In this document: piece by piece, positions 9,082-17,750 of the stretch
Numbering within the stretch: position 1 is the first letter of the stretch
Layout of the letters: each line of letters opens with the position of its first letter
DNA from: Pyrinomonadaceae bacterium
GTDB lineage: Bacteria > Acidobacteriota > Blastocatellia > Pyrinomonadales > Pyrinomonadaceae
Length of the DNA stretch: 64,000 nt
NCBI GenBank assembly: GCA_023717565.1
Contig: JAMQPI010000675.1
Span: 658 to 64,657, forward strand
Reading direction: 5' to 3'
Program-made: the position numbers and the translations under genes
Notes under the pieces: model-generated
The model's database searches: none
Told to the model about the DNA's origin: nothing
Seen by the model: only the letters and a program-made list of their open reading frames with translations

Positions 9082-11032
9082 CTCTTCTATCTTGACCTTC
9101 GACGTGCTGTAACCTGCGGTTACCGAATTGCGGAAGCGCAGTCAATTCCAGGACATCATCGGTTGAGTCAGATCCGGCTTGCATCTGGGTCAACCAGGAC
9201 TGCGCATAGAGTCCGCCTTGCTCCAGCAACTCTCGATGGCTGCCCGACTCGATAATCTTGCCGGCTTCCATTACGTGAATGATGTCGGCACGCATCGCTA
9301 TGCTGAAACGATGGGTGATCACAACTGCAGTGTGTCCCTGGGCTAACTCACGGAAGCGAGCGAACCAGTCGGCCTCGGTCCAGGAGTCCATCATGCTTGT
9401 AGGCTCATCAAGTAGAATGATTGGTGACTTTCGCAAATACGCTCGGGCGGTGGCAATCCGATGCCACTCACCGCCACTGAGCTCGACACCGTTCGCAAAC
9501 GTCTTACCCAACAACGTATCGTAGCCGTTCGGTAATCTAGTAATGAGTTCGTGCGCTCCGGCACTTCGTGCGGCAGATTCAATCGCTTCTTCACCCGGCT
9601 CCGACGCGAGATCACCCATGGCAATACTTTGACCTGCGGTTGCCTGGTAGTTGAACGGAAACTGGAATAACACCGTCGTCATCCGGCGCAATTCATCAAG
9701 TGAAAGGTCGCGCACGTCGATTCCATCAAGTTCGACCCGCCCGTGCTCAGGGTCATAAAATCGGCAGAGAATTTTCAACAGTGTGGTCTTACCGGCTCCG
9801 TTGGCGCCAACGATGGCGACTAGCTTGCCGGCAGGAATAGACAGGTTGAAGTTCTGCAAAGCTGGTTGCTGACTGCCTGGGTAACGAAATGTGATGTTCT
9901 GGAACTCAATCCCCTTCATCAGCGCTACCGGCGCGGGAACCGGCCGGGTTGGTTCGGTGAGCTGCGGTCGCATGTCTAAGAATGCAAACAGGTTTTCAAG
10001 AAACAAGCTACTACTGTAAATCTGCCCCAGATTTCCCAGGAGCGAACGAAGTAGCCCCTGACCTCTACTAAATGCCTGATAAAAGAGCGCCAGATCTCCG
10101 AGGGTCGCCGCACCACGCAACGCCTTCAAGATAACCAAAGCCAAAGCGATTCCCGAAACCAGCTGTGCGAATGCACTAGCTGCCAACTTTGCCTGACCTT
10201 GCTTTTTGATCTGGGTCATGCGCTCGTTGCGGAGCAACTTACGAATCTTCTGATAACCACCCTGGAAATGGGGAGCTAAGCCAAAAAGGCGCAGTTCGGG
10301 CGCCGTCGCGGTGTGTGTCAACAGCAGATCGTAATATTGGGCCCAACGCCGCTCGCTGGCTCGGTTGTACCACCAGGCATGATGACGACGATCAAGTACG
10401 ACAACGACAACGAACGCCGGAAGCGTGCTCAGAAGCAGGACGAGTGGCAGCCACAGTCCGAAAGGTACCAAAACCAAGGCCATCGCTAGCAACGTGATAC
10501 TGTTCTGCAATAGACTGCCAACGCTTTCAAGCAAGACCAGCGGCCGTGAGCTGGCGTCATTCCGAACGCGTTCCAGACGGTCCTGAAACTCCGGTGATTC
10601 GTGGACGCTCAAGTCCATGGTTGCGGACTGCTGATGGATTAGGCCCCTAATATGGTCCTGAACTAGTTCCGATTGCGCGGTGCGGACCAGTTCGCTCATG
10701 CTCTGCAGAAGTTCACCTATTAGCATCACGCCGACAGTCAGAGCAATCAAGACGATAGCTGGCCGCACACTCACCCAATCGCCTCCGGATTTGGCGGCCA
10801 CTACCAGGCTATCTACCAGGAGCTTGACCAAATAAACTGAGGCTAATGGGTGTACCCCTTGGAGGACTAACAAGGTGGCCCAAGCAACAGTCCAGCGGGG
10901 CGCGGCGGTCCGGATCAATCCAAACGTTCGCGGCCAGTAGGCAGCAAGCGCAGTAACCTGATTCCACGAAGGCAACAATAAATTGCGAGTATTCATCGAT
11001 GTGAACATTTCCACCGAAAGCCGTGGGATCAC
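9065..11032 (-). CDS. ABC exporter, fused TMD-NBD (lasso cluster D-like)
   Basis: N-terminal TM helices, Walker A GANGAGKTT, signature LSGGEW, Walker B ILLDEPTS, ITHR. The true start may be a downstream ATG. Confidence 0.9.
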   Translation of the reverse strand: MIPRLSVEMFTSMNTRNLLLPSWNQVTALAAYWPRTFGLIRTAAPRWTVAWATLLVLQGVHPLASVYLVKLLVDSLVVAAKSGGDWVSVRPAIVLIALTVGVMLIGELLQSMSELVRTAQSELVQDHIRGLIHQQSATMDLSVHESPEFQDRLERVRNDASSRPLVLLESVGSLLQNSITLLAMALVLVPFGLWLPLVLLLSTLPAFVVVVVLDRRHHAWWYNRASERRWAQYYDLLLTHTATAPELRLFGLAPHFQGGYQKIRKLLRNERMTQIKKQGQAKLAASAFAQLVSGIALALVILKALRGAATLGDLALFYQAFSRGQGLLRSLLGNLGQIYSSSLFLENLFAFLDMRPQLTEPTRPVPAPVALMKGIEFQNITFRYPGSQQPALQNFNLSIPAGKLVAIVGANGAGKTTLLKILCRFYDPEHGRVELDGIDVRDLSLDELRRMTTVLFQFPFNYQATAGQSIAMGDLASEPGEEAIESAARSAGAHELITRLPNGYDTLLGKTFANGVELSGGEWHRIATARAYLRKSPIILLDEPTSMMDSWTEADWFARFRELAQGHTAVVITHRFSIAMRADIIHVMEAGKIIESGSHRELLEQGGLYAQSWLTQMQAGSDSTDDVLELTALPQFGNRRLQHVEGQDRRDVNAA

Positions 11033-11205
11033 GAAAAGGCGTTTTGCTTGGGCTGCTTTGTTCCTCTCGGATTACTCGAATTGGTAAATGCGGCGTCCAA
11101 GTTTTCCCCTAAGTCGGTGCCCAACGTAATTGTCTCCACATCACCGTGCACAATGAGTTGGGGAGCTTGATAAGGCTTCTTTTCGGCTGGTGTATTTTCT
11201 TCCAT
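11029..11205 (-). CDS. Lasso peptide precursor A2 (58 aa); predicted core GTDLGENLDAAFTNSSNPRGTKQPKQNAFS
   Basis: Leader KKPYQAPQLIVHGDVETITL with YxxP motif, Gly and Thr(-2); core G1, D9, C-terminal Ser; purine-rich AAGGAAGGG before ATG at 11205. Confidence 0.88.
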   Translation of the reverse strand: MEENTPAEKKPYQAPQLIVHGDVETITLGTDLGENLDAAFTNSSNPRGTKQPKQNAFS

Positions 11206-11255
11206 GATCCCTTCCTTTGCTTTTCTGTCGATCAATCCAAGTTCCTCATTTGAGT

Positions 11256-12170
11256 CTAGACATGTTGAAAGTGTTCCTCTACCAGCTGGGCAACGCCTGG
11301 CAACGAAGGCAATGAACTGGGCCGCTCAAGGCGGTAGACATCGATGTGCCTGATAAGTTTGGTGCATTGGCGTAGATGAGAGGAGGCTTCCACGCCATGA
11401 AGCAGTTCCCTTCCGAATCGCGACATGTAGGAGTTTGCGATAAGCGTTAGCAGACCAGCCTGCGGTTCGAGAGGTATAAGAGTCGACACGGGACCGCAGC
11501 CCAGCGCATAGATACCTTTAAGCGGCACCGGACGCTGAGCGAATCGTTCCGTTACCGGCCGGCCTCGCTTTTCGTAGCCCGCGGCAAGTTCGGGCAGAGT
11601 TTCGTAATCGTCACCCAACGAAGAGAGAACAGCTTCAGGATAAAGCTTGAATTGCGGAAATCCAGGTACGACGATGGGCAGTCCCTGGTCATCAAACTTT
11701 ATCGCCACCACGTCGTCGGAGATCAAAAGATGACCTCGGCCGTACAGCGTTGCCGCCATGGTTGACTTGCCCCAGCCTTTGTTCCCGAGGAAGATGAGCG
11801 CGCCGCCGTCTATCGCAACCGAACTTGCGTGTAAGACCAGGTAACCCCGTTGATGCAGTAGTACCGCCAGGATCGTCCCCAACAACGGCAACCTCAACAA
11901 GCGCTCCTCGACCTCAGGGATCGGATCAACGACGATCTCAGTTCCCCTCCTGACCCGGAACTTCCCGAGATGTGCCCAGAAGAAATGGGCTTCGCGCGAG
12001 GTGATCTCAAAGCAGAAGTCTTCACCGGCATCCTTTTGAGGTGGGTGCCAATCAAGACAACCAAATCGGATCGAGACGTCTGTAGCCACTTCTGCCGAAG
12101 CTTGCAGCTCCGGCAGAAGTAGCTCAGAGTTAATGCCTAGGCTATAGGCATTGTATGAGTAGATTGACAC
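11256..12170 (-). CDS. HPr-kinase-like lasso peptide kinase
   Basis: LHASSV, Walker A GNKGWGKST, ISDDVVA; flanked by two Ser-terminated lasso precursors. Confidence 0.85.
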   Translation of the reverse strand: MSIYSYNAYSLGINSELLLPELQASAEVATDVSIRFGCLDWHPPQKDAGEDFCFEITSREAHFFWAHLGKFRVRRGTEIVVDPIPEVEERLLRLPLLGTILAVLLHQRGYLVLHASSVAIDGGALIFLGNKGWGKSTMAATLYGRGHLLISDDVVAIKFDDQGLPIVVPGFPQFKLYPEAVLSSLGDDYETLPELAAGYEKRGRPVTERFAQRPVPLKGIYALGCGPVSTLIPLEPQAGLLTLIANSYMSRFGRELLHGVEASSHLRQCTKLIRHIDVYRLERPSSLPSLPGVAQLVEEHFQHV

Positions 12171-12193
12171 GACCGTTTTCTTCCTCTAGGAAC

Positions 12194-12355
12194 CTACGAC
12201 AGCGTGACGTCCCTAAAAGGAGTGTTGATTGGAAACGACGCATCCAAGTGGTCGCCGTTGCTGAAGCCCTGCGTGATCGCCTCAATGTCACCAAGCACGG
12301 TAACAGTGGGTGATGTATAGGGCTTCTTGTCGGCGCTGTTTGTTGATTGTTGCAT
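12194..12355 (-). CDS. Lasso peptide precursor A1 (53 aa, not in ORF track): MQQSTNSADKKPYTSPTVTVLGDIEAITQ-GFSNGDHLDASFPINTPFRDVTLS
   Basis: Hand translation from ATG 12355 to TAG 12194; AAGGAG RBS at 12367-12372; YxxP...G....T(-2) leader; core G1, D9, C-terminal Ser; homologous to A2. Confidence 0.92.
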   Translation of the reverse strand: MQQSTNSADKKPYTSPTVTVLGDIEAITQGFSNGDHLDASFPINTPFRDVTLS

Positions 12356-12366
12356 TTGAGTGTTGT

Positions 12367-12372
12367 CTCCTT
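12367..12372 (-). promoter_or_regulatory. Shine-Dalgarno site of precursor A1
   Basis: AAGGAG 11 nt upstream of ATG 12355. Confidence 0.65.
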
Positions 12373-12421
12373 AACTAGTTGAAGTGGGGAATTTGGAGCA
12401 TTTTGGGCTCCCGTCATTGGA

Positions 12422-14422
12422 TTACATTGGTACCACCTCCTCTCTATAATTAACGTTCGGTGCTGGATCTTTGAAGGAGTGTCGGTGTTGAAGCCACAAA
12501 GCAAGTGACGCAGATTTCCAGATCGCGAATAGGTCTGTTGAATCAGTCTCAGATTCCTGCTCGAGAAATCGCCCATAAGCGCGACGCAACGCGGAAATGT
12601 CAATGTACCCCTCAATAACGCCAGGATTGCGGATGATGATCTCGTCCAGTTGTTCCCGTTCAAACGCTCGAAGGCCATAGACAAGACTCGGCGCAAAATC
12701 CGTCTTAGCAGTTCTCCATTGAACCTGCGGCGGCAGAATTCCGGTCATCGCACGCCGCATGACAACTCGCGTCCACCCGTTATTCAACTTCTGTTGCGAA
12801 GGCAGAGCGAGACAGAACTCAACTAAACGTTTGTCCCAAAATGGGTACCTCTTCTCAATCGAGAATGCGCCTGCGGCACTATCGTGTAATTCAAGGGCGA
12901 AGGCCTGCATTGGATGACCGAGCATCCGGTAGTGGGCTTCACGCTCTGTTCTTGCTGTCTTTGAAGTTGTTTGTCGCCATGCCTGGTAACGCTCTGACAT
13001 ATTGATCTGGGAGGCAAACGCAGGGTTCAGCAATTCTCGCCAACCAGTTCGTTGCGCGGGCTCTGCCGAATCACTAGTCACTCGCCTTCGAGCTCCGCGC
13101 CAGACCCTTCGTGCGAAGCGAAGAGCATGATGATTATTGATTGTTGGGTTGATTCCATATTTCCAGCCAAAAGCCCACAAGGCTTCCCATGAGGAAACGC
13201 CTTGTTGTTTCGCCAGCGGTTTGAGTTCTGCCCTTAGCCTGAGCCAACGTCCCGCTCGGGCCACTTCATGGAGGTACCGTTCACCGTGAGAGACTGTTGT
13301 GTCGCCATCATGTCCATCGAGCAAAACGCGCACGCCTTGCGCTCCAACTGCCTGGTACACGGACCAGATCATTGAGAAGTTGGGCCCGAAAGTGGGTTGG
13401 TCCTGGTGCCAGTGAAGCTGCGCAAGGCATCCGAAAGGTCCTTGTTCGTTGCCAGTGATAAAGTGGGGGTCCACTCCATTCTCCTTGAGCACTGGATTTA
13501 TGAATTCACGTTCGTCGCATTCAGGCACGGCATCAAAGATGGTCGAAAATGTTTTGAGCTGAGAAGCGGGTGCGCCTGTGAGGAGGTTTCTCGCCACGCA
13601 AGTGATTGATGACGAGTCGAGCCCTCCGCTCAGCATCGAGCCCACAGAGTCTGATGTGCGCAAGCGGCAGCGTACTGACTCGGTAAACACTTCACGAAAC
13701 GCCTCGGCGTACTCGTCATTCGACTTCAACTCTACCTTGCGCGTGGGATCGAGCGCCCAGTAACGCTTCGTAATGACTTTACCGTCGCGGACTCTCATGC
13801 TGTGAGCCGGAGGCAGGCGAACGATACCCTGGTAGAATGTGCTTTCGGGGTCAACGAACACATCGGCCAGATGATCTCCCAACCGAACTTCGTTCAATTC
13901 ATAGGGAACCTCATCGACAGTCCAAAGCGCCTTGATTTCAGTCGCAAAGACAAAAGTTCTCTGCGGCGCGAAATAATAATAGAAGGGCTTGACGCCAAAG
14001 TGATCGCGGGCGCAGAAGAGTGTTCTCGCGGGAGCGTCCCAAATGGCGAATGCGAAATCACCCAGCAACCTTTCCGCACAGGCTTCGCCCCACAGGCGAT
14101 AGGCGGCAAGAATCAATTGGCTATCGGTTTCTGCGCCGCAGCTGAGGCCGGCTAATCGCAACTCCCCAATCAATTCCTGGCGATTATCAAGGCGAGCGTC
14201 TGCGGTAATCACATAGTCCCCGTTAATGTCACGAAAGGGTAGACGCTCACTCAGGGACTCCGGCGTGGTATGAAGCATCCGGTGACCCAGACCAACCGAT
14301 CCGGCACACCATGCTGCATAGCCATCTGGTCCACGGTGGGCCAGTACCGTTGCCATTCGCTCTAGCCCAGCGCGCGAAACGGGACGACCATCAAGATAAT
14401 GCCAGCCAAAGATCGCGCTCAT
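12422..14422 (-). CDS. Lasso peptide isopeptide bond-forming cyclase (C protein, AsnB-like)
   Basis: AsnB fold starting MSAIFG, so no catalytic Cys; PP-loop LSGGLDSS, GHDGD, RYPFWDKRLVEF; coupled to B2 by an ATGA overlap. Confidence 0.92.
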   Translation of the reverse strand: MSAIFGWHYLDGRPVSRAGLERMATVLAHRGPDGYAAWCAGSVGLGHRMLHTTPESLSERLPFRDINGDYVITADARLDNRQELIGELRLAGLSCGAETDSQLILAAYRLWGEACAERLLGDFAFAIWDAPARTLFCARDHFGVKPFYYYFAPQRTFVFATEIKALWTVDEVPYELNEVRLGDHLADVFVDPESTFYQGIVRLPPAHSMRVRDGKVITKRYWALDPTRKVELKSNDEYAEAFREVFTESVRCRLRTSDSVGSMLSGGLDSSSITCVARNLLTGAPASQLKTFSTIFDAVPECDEREFINPVLKENGVDPHFITGNEQGPFGCLAQLHWHQDQPTFGPNFSMIWSVYQAVGAQGVRVLLDGHDGDTTVSHGERYLHEVARAGRWLRLRAELKPLAKQQGVSSWEALWAFGWKYGINPTINNHHALRFARRVWRGARRRVTSDSAEPAQRTGWRELLNPAFASQINMSERYQAWRQTTSKTARTEREAHYRMLGHPMQAFALELHDSAAGAFSIEKRYPFWDKRLVEFCLALPSQQKLNNGWTRVVMRRAMTGILPPQVQWRTAKTDFAPSLVYGLRAFEREQLDEIIIRNPGVIEGYIDISALRRAYGRFLEQESETDSTDLFAIWKSASLALWLQHRHSFKDPAPNVNYREEVVPM

Positions 14423-14856
14423 GTTCCCTCGACCGCATGCAAAACGGTGAACCGCTGGAGGTCAGCGTGTGTGCCACCGATGATTACTTTGCCCTTGCTC
14501 TCAACCCAGGCATGAGCTTCAAGCTCCCCGGATTTGTCTCTGGCGACGCCAATCCGCAGGCACGCAGGAAATCCAGCGTCTTCCAACAGCTTTACCGTAA
14601 CCAGTGACTGCGCGAGACACGTCGCTGCGGGTACAAAACGACTCATTACTTTGACGCAACGTGCAATCCTCTCGGCTTGCACCGGCACTGACTTGGTCGC
14701 GACAATATTGGCCGACCTAATACTCAGTAGCGTTCTCAACCGTTGAAACGGAAGAATCCATAGACCGATTCTGACTATCCAGAGCAGCGTGACGGCCTTA
14801 ATCAAAATCCTCCGCTCAGCCGCTGGCGAACTTAAGAATCTTAGCGCTGATCTCAT
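14419..14856 (-). CDS. Lasso peptide leader peptidase (B2, transglutaminase-like)
   Basis: ATCLAQS (catalytic Cys), LRIGVAR, LEAHAWVE (His). Confidence 0.92.
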   Translation of the reverse strand: MRSALRFLSSPAAERRILIKAVTLLWIVRIGLWILPFQRLRTLLSIRSANIVATKSVPVQAERIARCVKVMSRFVPAATCLAQSLVTVKLLEDAGFPACLRIGVARDKSGELEAHAWVESKGKVIIGGTHADLQRFTVLHAVEGT

Positions 14857-15203
14857 CGTCTCACCTCGATCAGATTGCGCTCAGCCATGTCCTTGAACAG
14901 AACCTTTAGGTCTGCTAAACAGCGCTCAGGCTCGACTGCGTACTCATCCAGCACAGCGTTGGTGATTTCATCAATTGTCTTGGGCTCTTGAATCAACCCC
15001 CAGATGTACGTACCGACCGCGTCCAGGCCGTAATAGACTCCGGACTTGAGATCGAGGATGACTGCGCCCTCGGAGAGATCACAACACAGCAACTCTTTAT
15101 TCGCAGCGATGATCGAGTTGTCGGTGATAGTCATAGCGTCGTCAAGAATACGTGCTACGAGCGGAGCAGATAAGCTGGCTTCAAGCATAATGTCGTCCTT
15201 CAA
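14853..15203 (-). CDS. PqqD-family RiPP recognition element (lasso B1)
   Basis: GAVILDLKSGVYYGLDAVGTYIWGLI...EYAVEPERCLADL. Start may be ATG 15188 or 15134. Confidence 0.92.
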   Translation of the reverse strand: MKDDIMLEASLSAPLVARILDDAMTITDNSIIAANKELLCCDLSEGAVILDLKSGVYYGLDAVGTYIWGLIQEPKTIDEITNAVLDEYAVEPERCLADLKVLFKDMAERNLIEVRR

Positions 15204-15302
15204 TGTGAGAATCGGAACTGATCTGGTAGTGCTGGAATTCCGGTCATCCCTGGTCGACTCGCAAGAGTGAGCGAACGCTTGTATTGCCAGCGTAAGGATT
15301 CG

Positions 15303-16337
15303 CTAACGAGAAGTCCGCGGGGTTTGGAAGGTTCTTTCTCGCGCCGTAGTCCAGAAATAGTAGCCAAGGAAAGCGGCCCCGGCCGCTGTCAATACCCCCC
15401 ACCGTGCGCTCGCGTCTGAGGTGCGGACAGCGACAACGGTCAGCGTCGCAAATACCGCTCCCGCACCAGTAACTTTGAGAACAACCCGGTCATGCCGTAA
15501 TCCTGCTTGCACCAACCGCTGATACAAGTGTGAGCGATGCGCTTGCCACACGCGTTGGCCCTCGACCAGGCGACGCAGGATCGTGAACACGCCGTCCGAC
15601 AGGAAGAACCAGAGACACATGGCAACGATCAACACCGCGTCACCTCTTGACGCGGGCGCCGACTGGAAGGGCACAGCAGCTAGCGCGAACCCAAGCGTCC
15701 CAGATCCCACGTCGCCCATGAATACCTTTGCCGGATGCCAGTTGTGCGGGAGAAAGCCAGCGCACGCGCCGGCCACTGCCAGGCCAACCGCAGCAACTTC
15801 CCCCTGCCCCCACAGAGCTATTCCTAATCCGGCAACCACTCCTTGAAGGCCGGCAAACCCATCTATGCCATCTAAAAAGTTATAAAGATTCAGCACGGCC
15901 ACTATCCACAGCAGGGAGAAAGGTACCGCGAAAAATGACAACTCAAAGTTCAGGGGGTCAGGGAGTGGCAGGCGCTCAACGGCACCTCCACCCCAGACGA
16001 TTAGTCCTGCGGCAGCGAACTGCGTTGCAAGGCGAAGCAACACAGGGAGCCCGCCTAAATGATCGTCAATGAACCCCACTGCGGCGATTAGCGCAATGCC
16101 AAGGAAGAGTTCCGCGCCCGGGATTTTAGATCCCACGAGTGCAGCCGCGCCCAAGCCTGCCAGCAGCCCAGCAACTATCCCCACACCTCCGCCTCGCGGT
16201 GTAGGCACAGCATGGGAAGACCTGGCATTCGGAAGGTCGAGCAAACCTCGGTTCCTGAGTACTGGAATCGCAACCCGAGTCACGCACCAAGCCACAACGA
16301 ATGCTACTGCAAAGGTTAATATGGCCTGCACCGGCAT
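15303..16337 (-). CDS. Polyprenyl-phosphate sugar-1-phosphate transferase (MraY/WecA/WbpL family), initiating transferase
   Basis: DLPNARSSHAVPTPRGGG, GFIDD, NLYNFLDGIDG, KVFMGDVGS, AHRSHLYQ; polytopic membrane protein. Confidence 0.9.
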   Translation of the reverse strand: MPVQAILTFAVAFVVAWCVTRVAIPVLRNRGLLDLPNARSSHAVPTPRGGGVGIVAGLLAGLGAAALVGSKIPGAELFLGIALIAAVGFIDDHLGGLPVLLRLATQFAAAGLIVWGGGAVERLPLPDPLNFELSFFAVPFSLLWIVAVLNLYNFLDGIDGFAGLQGVVAGLGIALWGQGEVAAVGLAVAGACAGFLPHNWHPAKVFMGDVGSGTLGFALAAVPFQSAPASRGDAVLIVAMCLWFFLSDGVFTILRRLVEGQRVWQAHRSHLYQRLVQAGLRHDRVVLKVTGAGAVFATLTVVAVRTSDASARWGVLTAAGAAFLGYYFWTTARERTFQTPRTSR

Positions 16338-17611
16338 TAAGCTTGCCCTCCATCATTACTCGGCAGTTTTTTAAGTAACATTGGATTTGGAACTTTGAGA
16401 TCAGTTGCTTCACGGTAGGCAGCCGCTAGCAATATTGTCCGCATTTTCTCTGCGAGAATTGACCGGTCAAACTGCTCCCGGGCTACTCGTTGGGCGTTCG
16501 CTGCAAGTCTGGTTCGAAATCCATTTCCATGGGCCAACTGCAGTACGGCACTGGCCATCGCTTCCGGATCGTTGGGTGGCACATTCATTCCACACTGCTC
16601 GCGTTCGAGCAGATCTTTAATCCAACCTTTCGTCGCCTGCACCACTGGAGTGCCAGCTGCGAAAGCATCAAACACTTTGTTTGGGGATGCAGTAGCCAGA
16701 AAAGGAACGTCCTTAACGGTGAACAGCGCGCAACATGACGCCTTAAGCCACCTCATGACATCTTGCTTTGGCAGTGGTCCGAGGAAATGGACGTTGCGCA
16801 ATTCCATAGTGCGCAATTTCTCTTCCAGTTCCTTACGCTCTTTGCCGTCGCCAATCAGAACGTATTCAAGGTCGTCAATGCCCTGTTGCTGCGTCACCGC
16901 AGCGACTTCGAGAATTTGGCCGCAGTCATCAATTAAGCCAAGCGTTCCGGTATATAGCGCAAGTTGTTTACCCTGCGCCCACTCCGGCAGTTCAATGCCG
17001 TCTTTGATACTCTCGACGAGCTCATTATCTGAGGCATTTGGGATTACTTCGATGTTATCAAAACCATATGTCTTGCGAATCCACTCAGCCATGCCTTCGG
17101 ACAGCGCAACGACTGTCGAGGCTAGCCGATAACAATGGCGCTCAAACCGCCTTGCTAACGAAATAACTAGCTTGTTTCGGATTATGCCTAGCTGGATTGC
17201 TCCTTCTGGCCAGAGGTCTCGCACCTCAAAGACAAAAGGCCGTCTTCTTATATAACGGGAGAGCAGACCAGGTAGACCAACTGTCAGTGGTCCTGACGAG
17301 CAAACTACAACGTCAGCCGGAAGAACGAGCGCATACCAGGAAGCCACCAGTGCGTAGGCTGCAAAGCTGAGCAAGCGAAAGACGATGCCATGCTTGTTTG
17401 AGAGGCGGATATTAATCATCCGCACGTCAATGCCATCGATATCAAAACGTGAGATGGGCTTATCAGGAGTGATTCCCGACTTGTCGTACACACTGGTGAC
17501 AATCGTGACTGAATCACCTGCCTTTACCCACCGCCGGGCAAACTCATAAGCCCGCGTACTGTAGGAACCCTGGGGCACAGTAAAGTACTGATAAAAGTAT
17601 AAAACTCGCAT
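16337..17611 (-). CDS. Glycosyltransferase family 4 (WbuB-like)
   Basis: YFYQYF, FVFEVRDLWPE, YTGTLG, SPNKVFDAFAAGTPV. Confidence 0.88.
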   Translation of the reverse strand: MRVLYFYQYFTVPQGSYSTRAYEFARRWVKAGDSVTIVTSVYDKSGITPDKPISRFDIDGIDVRMINIRLSNKHGIVFRLLSFAAYALVASWYALVLPADVVVCSSGPLTVGLPGLLSRYIRRRPFVFEVRDLWPEGAIQLGIIRNKLVISLARRFERHCYRLASTVVALSEGMAEWIRKTYGFDNIEVIPNASDNELVESIKDGIELPEWAQGKQLALYTGTLGLIDDCGQILEVAAVTQQQGIDDLEYVLIGDGKERKELEEKLRTMELRNVHFLGPLPKQDVMRWLKASCCALFTVKDVPFLATASPNKVFDAFAAGTPVVQATKGWIKDLLEREQCGMNVPPNDPEAMASAVLQLAHGNGFRTRLAANAQRVAREQFDRSILAEKMRTILLAAAYREATDLKVPNPMLLKKLPSNDGGQA

Positions 17612-17750
17612 CGGTGCAGGGAGGACTTTTTCGACGGAACTAGATTACTTGACGATGAGATTGGAGATCTGAGCTTAATTGGCGAGAGGGATTTGAAAAT
17701 ACGTGACGGACGAAACTCTTATATGATACGCGCTAGGTCGCTCTTGGTCC

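Noticed and set aside
11206..11235. N-terminal 10-aa extension of precursor A2
   Set aside because: It contains the purine-rich RBS for ATG 11205, and the shorter form matches the A1 leader length.
12142..12696. 184-aa minus-strand ORF in the track
   Set aside because: Overlaps the cyclase, A1 and kinase in another frame and has no motifs; the 53-aa precursor with an RBS explains the region.
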